Below are positions 30,266 through 39,901 of a DNA stretch of 64,000 bases, piece by piece (position 1 is the first letter of the stretch; every line of letters starts with the position of its first letter). A program made the translations under genes and the position numbers. Under the pieces are notes generated by a model. It had not been told where the DNA came from. It saw nothing but the letters and a program-made list of their open reading frames with translations, and did no database searches. The DNA is from Candidatus Hodarchaeota archaeon (GTDB lineage Archaea > Asgardarchaeota > Lokiarchaeia > Sigyniarchaeales > SOKP01), in assembly GCA_048887165.1 (NCBI GenBank), contig JBHLJZ010000002.1, positions 6,146 through 70,145 of the forward strand, read 5' to 3'.

Positions 30266-31612
30266 ATGAATCAAGAAGATATTCTTATTAGAAGTAAAAG
30301 TTCAACAAGAAAATTTTTAATATTTGGGCTGCCAAATTTAGGAACATCTATTATTATGGGTTTTGCAGATTTTGCACTTTTTACTCTCTATAATCTAGCT
30401 TACAATATAACTCCATTTCTCGTCGGAATTGCTTTAGGACTAGGAAAATTTACTATCGCGGCATCTCAGTTTTTCTTTGGATGGATTAGTGATGCTAAAT
30501 ATACAAAATGGGGAAGAAGGAAACCCTATTTAATAATTATGAGTCCAATTTTGGGTTTATCTTTTATATTTTTATTATTACCTGGTTTAATATTAGATCC
30601 TAAGGATCTCAATGCTATGTTCATTTGGTTATTATTATGGTATCAAATTTTTAACATATGTTATGGGGTCACTTCACCCTACGGAGCATGGATGGCAGAA
30701 CAATTTGAAGTAAAGGATAGACCTAGAGCATCCCAATACCAACAATTGTTTGGTTTTGTTGGATATGCAGTTATTACTGCATTTTCAATGATTGTATTAA
30801 CAGATTTTATCAATAACATAGAAGAGAATCCAAATTTTATCCCACCAGGCTTTTTTTATAGTATATTAATTTTTGGGGTTATACCAATCCTATTATTTTA
30901 TTTAACTAGTTTTGTCATTTCTAAAGAACCACATTTTAAGATTGATTCAAAAATAATATATAATCTTAAACTTATTTTAAAAAATAAGAACTTTCTATTG
31001 GCGACAGTTATGCAGGGAATCTCTAGTATTGCTACAATAATGATAGTAGAAGTAATGTTAATATTTATTATAGAAGTTTTACAATTTAGTGATACAGATT
31101 ATTATATAGCCGCTGGCATAATGATCCTTGGCATTTTATTCTTTCTCTATATTTGGAAAAGGATAATAAATAAGTTTGGAAAGAAAAAGAGTCTTTTATA
31201 TATCTTTTCTTCTGCAATTATTATTCTTTCATTAACATTAATTGGCTTAATTCCAATGCATTCATATTTTGTTTTTGGATTACTTTTTATAATTGGATTA
31301 TCTGGATGTCTGGGTGGTTGGGCTTTATTTCCAGCAATTATTTATGCAGATATTGCTGAAGATGATGAAAAAAGAACAGGAGAATTAAAAGCAGGTATAT
31401 ATACAGGTTTTCCAAGCATAACTTTAAATATCTTTCAAGCTTTGGGGATATTTATTATGGGTATAATATTAGAATTACCTAGAGTTGGGAATTTATCTTA
31501 TTCTATTGGTTTAATACTATGGGGTCCTTTCTGTTCATTAATATTTCTCATTACTTATTTATTTACGAGAAAATTCATAAAACTTGATTTTGAATGGGAA
31601 AAGAAACAATAA
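30266..31612 (+). CDS. MFS transporter, glycoside-pentoside-hexuronide (GPH) cation symporter-like
   Basis: About 12 TM segments. SDAKYTKWGRRKPY loop motif is typical of the GPH/MelB family. Confidence 0.75.
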   Translation: MNQEDILIRSKSSTRKFLIFGLPNLGTSIIMGFADFALFTLYNLAYNITPFLVGIALGLGKFTIAASQFFFGWISDAKYTKWGRRKPYLIIMSPILGLSFIFLLLPGLILDPKDLNAMFIWLLLWYQIFNICYGVTSPYGAWMAEQFEVKDRPRASQYQQLFGFVGYAVITAFSMIVLTDFINNIEENPNFIPPGFFYSILIFGVIPILLFYLTSFVISKEPHFKIDSKIIYNLKLILKNKNFLLATVMQGISSIATIMIVEVMLIFIIEVLQFSDTDYYIAAGIMILGILFFLYIWKRIINKFGKKKSLLYIFSSAIIILSLTLIGLIPMHSYFVFGLLFIIGLSGCLGGWALFPAIIYADIAEDDEKRTGELKAGIYTGFPSITLNIFQALGIFIMGIILELPRVGNLSYSIGLILWGPFCSLIFLITYLFTRKFIKLDFEWEKKQ

Positions 31613-31666
31613 AATCTAAAATTCTTAAAGCTTCTAATAAAAAAGTGCTAGATAGAGATGTAAAAT

Positions 31667-31954
31667 CTATAAGTTAATGTGTTCCTTCATTTCTATTGAT
31701 TCTTCTTCATTGAAGTAAATTTCAGCTATTAAGTCTTGAACTGTTGACATTAAGGATATCATAATAGCAGGATTTTCTGATGTTATCTTGTAATATTGAA
31801 AAAAACGCGACTTTATAGTAAAACTTATTTGATCCCTAAAAAATTGTAAAAGCTGTTGAATTTCACTTTCGAAATCTTTACGTTTTTGAATCCATACTAC
31901 TAATTTTTTCTCTTTACTTTTCTTGGCTGTTTTTATTTTTAATTTTATTATCAT
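31667..31954 (-). CDS. Hypothetical protein
   Basis: ORF only, with a basic N-terminus. Confidence 0.4.
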   Translation of the reverse strand: MIIKLKIKTAKKSKEKKLVVWIQKRKDFESEIQQLLQFFRDQISFTIKSRFFQYYKITSENPAIMISLMSTVQDLIAEIYFNEEESIEMKEHINL

Positions 31955-32067
31955 TTCTGTTTCTACTTAAGATTCTTTGATTAAAAGGTGCTTAGGATAT
32001 AATAATTATAAATATAATTATTTAAAGAAGAAGATTTTTAAAAGAAAAAATGAAAATTTTGAAAATT

Positions 32068-32628
32068 CTAAGTTTTTTTAGATATTTTAATAATAATCAG
32101 TTTGACTATAGTGACAAATATCCATCCAAATCCAATGAACATAACAATGTATTTTACTAATGCAAAGTATGAGTGTGTAATTGCCCAACCATCAGGAAAA
32201 CCTAACGGATCTGAAAGCATCAATAAGATAAAAACATTCTCTATAGCATCACAACTCGGTGCTATTATTGCTAAAGAAACCAGTATAAAACTAACTTTTG
32301 CCCATAATGATCCTTTTTCAAATTTGCGAGCAATTTTTAATCCAAGACTAAAAAAAATTCCGCCATAAGAAACCATAAAGCCATAATCTAATATATTCGC
32401 AAATCTATACAAATCAATATTTGCTACACTATTAAAGGTTTTAATCGCAGTACCACTAAATGAAAGTTGACTTTCTATAAAACTCACAGGATATGAAATT
32501 AAGAATAGCCATGTAAGAAAGGGATATACTAAAAATAATAAAACAATACTAAAAATAAGGAGATAATTCGTATTCTTTGGAGAAGGCTTTTCAACTAAAA
32601 AATCGATTACCATCCTTTTATCCTCCAT
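32068..32628 (-). CDS. Integral membrane protein, unknown function
   Basis: Hydrophobic helices. The start lies 4 nt downstream of the stop of the unlisted TIGR04076-like ORF, so an operon is likely. Confidence 0.5.
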   Translation of the reverse strand: MEDKRMVIDFLVEKPSPKNTNYLLIFSIVLLFLVYPFLTWLFLISYPVSFIESQLSFSGTAIKTFNSVANIDLYRFANILDYGFMVSYGGIFFSLGLKIARKFEKGSLWAKVSFILVSLAIIAPSCDAIENVFILLMLSDPLGFPDGWAITHSYFALVKYIVMFIGFGWIFVTIVKLIIIKISKKT

Positions 32629-32632
32629 TCCA

Positions 32633-32902
32633 TTACTTTCTTATCCTTTTTAATTCCATTTTCACAGCATTCATTCTATCAGGGCATTCTACTTCAACTA
32701 CATCGGGATCTGAAGACCAAGGAAATGATCCCCCAAATTGAAGCGTCAAAATCATTGGAAATATATCATGATAAAAAAAACCGCATAACCCATTCATATT
32801 ATGACCAGTCAGTTCGAATTTATCACCAGTTTTGTGGCCTGCATTACAGTGACCTTTAATATCTTTAATTGTTCCAACTATTTCAAAAATCTTTTGAGCT
32901 AT
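32633..32902 (-). CDS. TIGR04076-like small Cys-rich protein, apparently initiated at ATA
   Basis: Not in the ORF track. My translation is IAQKIFEIVGTIKDIKGHCNAGHKTGDKFELTGHNMNGLCGFFYHDIFPMILTLQFGGSFPWSSDPDVVEVECPDRMNAVKMELKRIRK. The G-x-C-x-A-G-H-x-x-G-D, GGSFPW and CPD motifs match the TIGR04076 family as I recall it. GAGGTGGAG SD lies 4 nt upstream of the ATA. There is no ATG/GTG/TTG between the upstream stop and the conserved N-terminus. Confidence 0.55.
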   Translation of the reverse strand: MAQKIFEIVGTIKDIKGHCNAGHKTGDKFELTGHNMNGLCGFFYHDIFPMILTLQFGGSFPWSSDPDVVEVECPDRMNAVKMELKRIRK

Positions 32903-33031
32903 ATTTCTCCACCTCTTAAAAGTTTATTTTAGAAATTAGAAATTCTAAAAATAATGTAGTATTGAGATAATAGTATAAAATAGTTTATTATTATTAAATT
33001 AAAAATATTAGGATTACTTCTAAAGAAAATT

Positions 33032-34108
33032 TTATTTTGAAAGTTCTTTTCTTAATTCTTCTGTTACTTTCTCAACTTTCTTATCTTTTATCCAATACCT
33101 TACTTTTGAAGATTTCAAAAATTTTTGCACTTTTTGGTTGAGTTCCTGTAGGTTTTTCCGATCTTTTTCACTTAGTTGTGGAATTTTTTCTAATTTTTTT
33201 GTAACTTTCTTAACTTCTTCTTCTATTATAGGTATTTCTATTTGTTGTTTTCCTTTAATTAATCTTTCCCGTAAAATCTCTTTAATATTTTTTACCCATC
33301 CTTGAATCCATGGATAAGTTCCTTGTTTACTTGGATCAATTATCTGGATTTTTTTCCTGTTTACGACTATTAAATCATCAGGGCATGAATTTTCACATGC
33401 TCCACAATAAAAGCAATCTTCTTCATTGCAAGCTATTTTCCCATACTTAACTACATCTTCTGCACTTTCAGGAATAAAAAAAGACTCAACTGGACAGATG
33501 TTTACACAGGCTTTACATCCTTGAGGATCACATTTGTAAAGCATATTTTTTTTTATTATTACTTCTCCTTCAATAGGAGAATCAATGTGAAAACATTTAG
33601 TAGGGCATTCTTTTTCGATTTTATAATATTCTTTTATACTATTTCTCTCTCTAAGAGTTAAGCATAAATTACAAATTTTATTGCCCTTGTCTTCAATGCA
33701 ATTTTCCATATCAATTATAAAAAATTTTCCTATTGATGGGAATTCATCTAACGAGATTTGTCCTTCAGGTTCAATATTTTCATGGAATGCATCATTAGGA
33801 CATACAACAGCACACAACATGCAGTAACAGCATTTATCATGGTCGATTAACAGTTTTGGATTGGAATCATCAATAATGTGTTGTGAGATTTCGGGAATAG
33901 GTCCGAGTTCAATAGCATCGACTGGACATACAAGTTTACATAAACTGCATCCAATGCATTTCTTTATGTCATAGATAAGCTTTTTCTTCACATCCTTAAA
34001 GTTCCAGTTAAAAATCAATTGGTCTGGCCCTAATTCTAGACTTTTTTCTATCGTATTTTCTATATCCTGTGATTTTTTGGAATTTGAATTTGAGCTAATC
34101 TTATTCAA
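33032..34108 (-). CDS. Polyferredoxin-like protein (multiple 4Fe-4S motifs) with K-rich C-terminal tail
   Basis: CIGCSLCKLVCP, CCYCMLCAVVCP, CKACVNICP and CFYCGACENSCP plus extra Cys pairs. TTG start. Confidence 0.75.
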   Translation of the reverse strand: MNKISSNSNSKKSQDIENTIEKSLELGPDQLIFNWNFKDVKKKLIYDIKKCIGCSLCKLVCPVDAIELGPIPEISQHIIDDSNPKLLIDHDKCCYCMLCAVVCPNDAFHENIEPEGQISLDEFPSIGKFFIIDMENCIEDKGNKICNLCLTLRERNSIKEYYKIEKECPTKCFHIDSPIEGEVIIKKNMLYKCDPQGCKACVNICPVESFFIPESAEDVVKYGKIACNEEDCFYCGACENSCPDDLIVVNRKKIQIIDPSKQGTYPWIQGWVKNIKEILRERLIKGKQQIEIPIIEEEVKKVTKKLEKIPQLSEKDRKNLQELNQKVQKFLKSSKVRYWIKDKKVEKVTEELRKELSK

Positions 34109-34308
34109 CCATTCTATGTATATTGTTATCTAATTATCATATAATTTAATTTCAAATAAGATTAATTATTATAGTTAGAAAGCCATCCAAAATTTTTTAA
34201 AACAAAATATCTATTTTATTACTTAAATTCTGCTGGAATGTCAACATGACATTTTTTTCTAATTCATGTAATAAAGTATTGATTTCATTAAAAATTAGAT
34301 GAATGAAA

Positions 34309-34809
34309 TCAAGAAAAATAAGATTGACTCTCTCTATCGAAACCGTATACATACTCAATAGCTATTCCATCAGGTCGTCGTTCTGGAGGAATGTATGTTA
34401 TCCGTAAATCTGTGATAAAGGCACCAATACCTTCTTTTGCTAAGATAATGGCAGGATGATCAGCTTCTTTAAAAATCGCTTCACTAATTTTCAAAGTAAT
34501 TGCCCTACACTTTTCTTCATCAATAATACCTAAGGAATGCACATATTCATGCAATAAAATATGATAAGTATATGACCATACTATTTCATATGGTTGCGAA
34601 TCTAGAATTAGTTTTAATGGTGTTTTATTCATTACGATTTCAGTACCAGGATGAAAATGCATCCCGCCAATAAAGCCACCACGCACTATCCCCATTTCGA
34701 CTAAACCTAGGCTTAAACCTGCTCGATGGCGCCCTAATACTTTTCTTACATCTTTCTTAACCTTTTCAAAAATATTAGGAATTTCCTTTTTCAATTCTTG
34801 AAGTTTCAC
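34309..34809 (-). CDS. Hypothetical protein with HExxH metallopeptidase-like motif
   Basis: Contains HILLHEYVHSLG (HExxH). GTG start with GGGGT SD-like motif upstream. Confidence 0.5.
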   Translation of the reverse strand: MKLQELKKEIPNIFEKVKKDVRKVLGRHRAGLSLGLVEMGIVRGGFIGGMHFHPGTEIVMNKTPLKLILDSQPYEIVWSYTYHILLHEYVHSLGIIDEEKCRAITLKISEAIFKEADHPAIILAKEGIGAFITDLRITYIPPERRPDGIAIEYVYGFDRESQSYFS

Positions 34810-34854
34810 ATAATACCCCGCATTAAATTATAAATTTTAATAATAAAAAAAAAA

Positions 34855-35673
34855 TTAAAAATCAAAAAACCAATCATCTTCATCTTCATGAAGAAACCCC
34901 ATTAGTCTTGATAAATCTTCTAATAAGGGTCTAATGGATACAAATTTTTGAGCTCGCTCTGTCCGATCCATGTCTGAAAAGAATAAATCATCCATAAGTT
35001 TTTCTATATTAAATCTATTGAGATATCTTTCAGGATTGAAAAATAAAGTATAAAAAATTTCTTCAGTTAAGTTTATACTCTCTTTAATATGCTTTTCTTT
35101 ATGTCGTCTTTCTGTTATAGTTTTAATAAGTTTTTCTCTATATTGCTTATCCATAATATTTTTTAATTCTAGAATAAGACACTCTTTTTTATTCAAATTT
35201 TTCATTCTCTCATTCTCTAATTTTACAATATTATTATCTATATCTCTTATTTGTTCCCCTAGAAATTTCACTTTTTCATCTGGAGATTTTATTTTTGTAT
35301 AATCTACTGGAAAATCAAGATCTCTGATTTTAAGATTTAAAGATTTATCTTTTATTTCACTTGTAGAATACTTGACATTATAATAATCAGGGCTTACATC
35401 AATTCTCAATGAAATATTACTTTTTATTCTATATTTACCTCCACGTGTTTCTGAAGGATCAAGATTTTCAACTAAATTATTATCCATAAGCAATTTTAAC
35501 TGGCTATGAACTGCTTGACGTGATATTCCTAAAGAATGAGCTAGCTCTGAAGCTGAATGAGGGACTTTAGCTAATTTGGATAGTATAACCCTCCTTGTAG
35601 GGTTTCCTAAAGTTTCTAATAATGTGTCTAAATTAATCATTCTTCCACTTTCATTATTATTTTCTATCTGCAA
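34855..35673 (-). CDS. ArsR-type winged-helix transcriptional regulator with long coiled-coil C-terminal region
   Basis: LGNPTRRVILSKLAKVPHSASELAHSLGISRQAVHSQLKLL is a classic ArsR/SmtB HTH. Start is TTG at 35673 (AGAGTGAT SD) or the ATG 11 codons downstream. Confidence 0.7.
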   Translation of the reverse strand: MQIENNNESGRMINLDTLLETLGNPTRRVILSKLAKVPHSASELAHSLGISRQAVHSQLKLLMDNNLVENLDPSETRGGKYRIKSNISLRIDVSPDYYNVKYSTSEIKDKSLNLKIRDLDFPVDYTKIKSPDEKVKFLGEQIRDIDNNIVKLENERMKNLNKKECLILELKNIMDKQYREKLIKTITERRHKEKHIKESINLTEEIFYTLFFNPERYLNRFNIEKLMDDLFFSDMDRTERAQKFVSIRPLLEDLSRLMGFLHEDEDDWFFDF

Positions 35674-35704
35674 ACTTTAATCACTCTCACTCAATAAATT
35701 TTAA

Positions 35705-38023
35705 TTATCTATACATTTCTTCTAGATCTTTAGAAGATCTCTCTTGAGCAACCTTAGCTTTATCAGCTCCTTTTAGTATCTTTTCTGTTGCGGTATCAAA
35801 TTCCTCTTTAGAAATTAATATTTTGCTAACTATTTCGGAATTTATTGTCTCTATTTTTTGTTCCAATTCATTAATCTCTTTAATGTCTGCATAGTCAATT
35901 TTTAATTTTTCTAACTTAAGATCATATTCCAAAAGTTGTTTCTTTTTCTCATTAACAATTGGAATTGATTTTCTAATCGTTAATAACGTCGCTTCTTCGC
36001 ATATAGCTTTAATATCAGCTCCAGTATAGTTTTCCAAAGCATTAGCTAAACTTTCAACATTTACATTCTTCGCCAAAGGTTTGTTTTTTAGATGTATCTT
36101 AAATATTTCTTTACGTGCTTCAAAATCTGGCATAGGTATTTCTATATGCCTACCAAATCTACCCGATCTTAATAGCGCTGGATCCAACATATCTGGTCTA
36201 TTAGTTGCGGCAAGTAATATAACATCCTTTAAATCTTCTAAACCATCCATTTCAGTCAATAATTGAGAAACTACTTGCTCAGTCACTTCAGAACCTGCGA
36301 ATCTACCTCTTAATCCAGCGATTGCATCGACTTCATCAAAGAATATTATACATGGGGCAGCAGAGCGTGCTTTTCTAAAAGTTTCTCTAACTGCTTTTTC
36401 ACTTTCTCCAACCCACTTGGATAAAAATTCAGGACCTTTTACAGAAATAAAATTTACTTCACTTTCATGTGCTAATGCTTTTGCTAGGAGCGTCTTTCCA
36501 GTTCCTGGAGGGCCATACAGAAGAATTCCATTAGGTGGTCTTGAATTTAAATGTTTATATAACTCAGGATATTTTAAAGGCCATTCTATTACTTCTCTTA
36601 ATTGTAATTTTGCTTCTTCTAAACCTCCTACATCGTCCCAAGTTTCTGTTGGTTGAGATATTACCACTTCTCTTAACGCAGAAGGCTCAATACTATTTAA
36701 TGCTGATAAAAAGTTTTCCATTTTAATCTGAAGATTATTTAAAACCTCATAAGGAATTGGTTTATCTAAATCAATCTTAGGAAGCATTTCTCTAATTGCT
36801 AACATTGCGGCTTCTTTTGCCAAAGCTTCAATATCTGCTCCTACGAAACCATGTGTTCTTTCTGCAATTAAACGTAGATCAACATCTTCACTTAAAGGCA
36901 TCCCTCGTGTATGAATAAGTAAGATTTCATAACGACCATCAGTATCGGGAACCCCAATTTCAATCTCACGATCAAATCTTCCGGGTCTTCTCAATGCTAT
37001 ATCGATATCATTCACTCTATTAGTTGCACCAATCACTATAAGTTCTCCTCTTCCTTCTAAACCATCCATTAGTGATAATAGTTGCGCCACAACTCTTCTT
37101 TCAACCTCTCCAGTGACTTCTCCTCTTTTGGGGGCTATAGAATCTAATTCATCTATAAATATTATTGACGGTGCCTTTTCTCTAGCCTCATCAAACACAT
37201 TTCTTAGATTCTCTTCACTTTGTCCATAGAATTTACTCATAATTTCAGGACCACTAATCGTAAAAAAATTAGCGTCAGTTTCATAGGCTACAGCCCTCGC
37301 TAATAAAGTTTTTCCAGTACCAGGTGGACCGTGTAGCAATACTCCTTTAGGTGGGCTAATCCCAATTCTTTTAAATAGCTCAGGATGTCTTATAGGTAAT
37401 TCTATCATTTCTCGAATACGTTGAATTTCCTCTTCTAAGCCTCCGATATCTTCATAACTAACCTTTGCTCTCTCTCTTTCAATAAGCTCTTTATGACTTT
37501 TTTCACTAAAGTTTATTTTTGTATCTAAATGAATTCTAACAGCTTCAACTCTTGGGTAAAAGTCCACAACAACAAGATCTACCCGCGTGAAGTTTGAATG
37601 AAAGCTTAGGATATCACCTGTCATAATAACACGATTTTCCAAGATCCTAGCTAATTGTTGAGAATTTTTTGTTACAACTGCTTCTTTTAATCCTGCGAAG
37701 GTGACCTTTTCAGCTAATTCCGCTTCAATTCTTCTTATTGAAACCAAGTCGTCAATATTAGCATCTAAATTTCGTCTAACAAATTGATCTAATCTAATGA
37801 TTCCTGTTCCTTTATCTTCATGCCTCCCTGGGTATAGTAAGGCAGCAGTTTTAGAATCGTTAATTGGATGAGAGATTTCAATAACATCTCCAGTTTTTAA
37901 TCCTAATTTGCTAACTATATCAGGATCAATTCTTATTATACCTCGTCCAGAATCTTCTTTAAATGCATCCTTTACTCTTAATTTATTTTTATTCCCTCTG
38001 AATTCTCTTGTAAACCCACTCAT
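35705..38023 (-). CDS. cdc48: Cdc48/VCP-type AAA+ ATPase (N domain plus D1 and D2)
   Basis: Two Walker A motifs GPPGTGKT and Walker B motifs IIFIDELD / IIFFDEVD. Cdc48 N-domain-like start ([21 protein letters not shown]). A coiled-coil C-terminal extension ends in MYR, a hydrophobic-Tyr-X (HbYX) proteasome-docking motif. Confidence 0.92.
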   Translation of the reverse strand: MSGFTREFRGNKNKLRVKDAFKEDSGRGIIRIDPDIVSKLGLKTGDVIEISHPINDSKTAALLYPGRHEDKGTGIIRLDQFVRRNLDANIDDLVSIRRIEAELAEKVTFAGLKEAVVTKNSQQLARILENRVIMTGDILSFHSNFTRVDLVVVDFYPRVEAVRIHLDTKINFSEKSHKELIERERAKVSYEDIGGLEEEIQRIREMIELPIRHPELFKRIGISPPKGVLLHGPPGTGKTLLARAVAYETDANFFTISGPEIMSKFYGQSEENLRNVFDEAREKAPSIIFIDELDSIAPKRGEVTGEVERRVVAQLLSLMDGLEGRGELIVIGATNRVNDIDIALRRPGRFDREIEIGVPDTDGRYEILLIHTRGMPLSEDVDLRLIAERTHGFVGADIEALAKEAAMLAIREMLPKIDLDKPIPYEVLNNLQIKMENFLSALNSIEPSALREVVISQPTETWDDVGGLEEAKLQLREVIEWPLKYPELYKHLNSRPPNGILLYGPPGTGKTLLAKALAHESEVNFISVKGPEFLSKWVGESEKAVRETFRKARSAAPCIIFFDEVDAIAGLRGRFAGSEVTEQVVSQLLTEMDGLEDLKDVILLAATNRPDMLDPALLRSGRFGRHIEIPMPDFEARKEIFKIHLKNKPLAKNVNVESLANALENYTGADIKAICEEATLLTIRKSIPIVNEKKKQLLEYDLKLEKLKIDYADIKEINELEQKIETINSEIVSKILISKEEFDTATEKILKGADKAKVAQERSSKDLEEMYR

Positions 38024-38072
38024 ATTTTTAATCTCTTCTTTAAATATTTTTTAATTTTATTAAGAATTTAAA

Positions 38073-38726
38073 CTAAGTTTTTTTTCTTAAAATAATAGTA
38101 GCAATACCATTATTTACTTCTAATTTATAATTTTCCATAGATGATTGAAAAGGTAAATTAATCTCTTTCAAATATCTCCTTATATCACTTTCTGCGGAGA
38201 CTTTTAATTCTCTTCCATCCTCACTAAGGCTAAGAATTACATGACCTTTTTCTATTCCAGGTAATTCCATTATAATTTCTATATCATCTTCAATAATATT
38301 TAATTCGGTAAAAGGTTCAACTAAATTAGAATGTTTATTAATTTCAGCAGAATCCAATTTAACATTATTTAAATCGATTACTTTTCTTTTATTCGCCAAT
38401 TTTCCAAATCTTTTAAAGTTTGATATATTTAAATTCTTCAAATAATCTTGAAGTTTATTTTTATCAATGTCTCCTTCAATTTTTATGTCGGGTTTATCCA
38501 TACCTGGCTCAAAATGGTATGAAACCTTAAATCCCTTAATATTCTTATTTTTAAGACTCTGATTAGGATCTAAACTTGATTCTGGTAAAAATAACAAATC
38601 TATATCAAACATATCTGCATTTAATTTGAAAAATTCCTTAATCTTCTCAAAAAAATCATCATATTCATCATAATCGTCTGACAAATAATTCACCTTTTTA
38701 ATTAATTGTAAATTACCTCTTGACAA
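38073..38726 (-). CDS. Hsp20/alpha-crystallin domain protein with long N-terminal extension
   Basis: C-terminal IIMELPGIEKGHVILSLSEDGRELKVSAE...NGIATIILRKK fits the alpha-crystallin domain pattern. The exact start is uncertain (TTG directly after a stop). Confidence 0.6.
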   Translation of the reverse strand: MSRGNLQLIKKVNYLSDDYDEYDDFFEKIKEFFKLNADMFDIDLLFLPESSLDPNQSLKNKNIKGFKVSYHFEPGMDKPDIKIEGDIDKNKLQDYLKNLNISNFKRFGKLANKRKVIDLNNVKLDSAEINKHSNLVEPFTELNIIEDDIEIIMELPGIEKGHVILSLSEDGRELKVSAESDIRRYLKEINLPFQSSMENYKLEVNNGIATIILRKKT

Positions 38727-38787
38727 TTATTGCATGCTAAACTAAATATAAATACTTATCGTTTTTAAAAAATAAGAGTATAAGGGG

Positions 38788-39864
38788 CTAAATACCATTT
38801 TTCTTAAAATTATTTTTTGCTTTATCAACTATATTATAAGTTCTACGTAACAATTCAAATGCAACCTGAGGAATACGCCATCCTCCTAATCCGCAATCAG
38901 GGCCAACATATCTTAATCTTTCGCTGTACATATTCAATGCATCGTAAAGATTTTTCTTGATTTTATCTTCAGAATCAATTAAACTCATCATTCCATTGTA
39001 AGTTTTTAAGTAATCCCAAGAACTTCCCGAATCTATAGCTTCGGCTATAATGTTATCTACATTTGTTCGGGTTATTCCTACACGAATAAATTTATCATAT
39101 TGATCTAATAGTCTTTTTGAAATTTTGTTTGTTTTATCTGCTGCATATTCACATGTAATAACTTGTAAATTTTTAGCTTTAAGTGGAATATCAGCCCGTT
39201 TCAAACTATGAATGTGTATTTGGGTTGTAATTTCTTTCTTATTAATACCTTCTAGGCATGTATCAAATATTTTAACTAAATCAATATCATTAATGTTGGC
39301 TAAATCTATAAACCCAAAAGAGGGCTCGTCTATAGAAATTATTGAAGTTTTAAAATATTTATTTGAAATTACAGAATTTTTTAAAAAAGAATTAATCGAT
39401 TTAGCAAAATTTAATGCAATATCTTGATATATTGTGAACTTATGTTTTTTAACATATAATTCAACTGGACCAGTTATGCACAACTTAACTTTTAAGGAGC
39501 CTCCTGTTTCTTCATAATTTTCTTTAGCAAATTTTTCGAGAACAAACATTTCAGAGATATAAGCTTTTTCTGGATTGATTAAATCAGGTTCGATTTCATA
39601 GTCAGAAATAGGCTTTAAAAATTGTTCATTCATTTCCATTAATTGGGGATAATTTATGATTTGAATTCCTGAATTCAATTTTAATTTGAAAGTTTCAATC
39701 AAGGGATTAATATAATAAATTTGAATACCCTTATTTGAAAAAATGTCAACTTTATTCGCAAATGCTTTATAGGCTATCCAATAAAATTGGTTAAACTTTT
39801 CTTTATTAATATTCTCAGGTAGAGGAAAACTACCTACATCATCTAATTCGGGAAATTCACTCAT
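38788..39864 (-). CDS. MetE-like (cobalamin-independent methionine synthase catalytic-domain family) protein
   Basis: Size and the C-terminal VGPDCGLGG zinc-ligand Cys motif fit the short archaeal MetE/COG0620 family. The rest is weakly recognisable. Confidence 0.55.
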   Translation of the reverse strand: MSEFPELDDVGSFPLPENINKEKFNQFYWIAYKAFANKVDIFSNKGIQIYYINPLIETFKLKLNSGIQIINYPQLMEMNEQFLKPISDYEIEPDLINPEKAYISEMFVLEKFAKENYEETGGSLKVKLCITGPVELYVKKHKFTIYQDIALNFAKSINSFLKNSVISNKYFKTSIISIDEPSFGFIDLANINDIDLVKIFDTCLEGINKKEITTQIHIHSLKRADIPLKAKNLQVITCEYAADKTNKISKRLLDQYDKFIRVGITRTNVDNIIAEAIDSGSSWDYLKTYNGMMSLIDSEDKIKKNLYDALNMYSERLRYVGPDCGLGGWRIPQVAFELLRRTYNIVDKAKNNFKKNGI

Positions 39865-39901
39865 TTTTAAATTAATTTTGGATTCTAAGATTATTTTTAA
39901 A

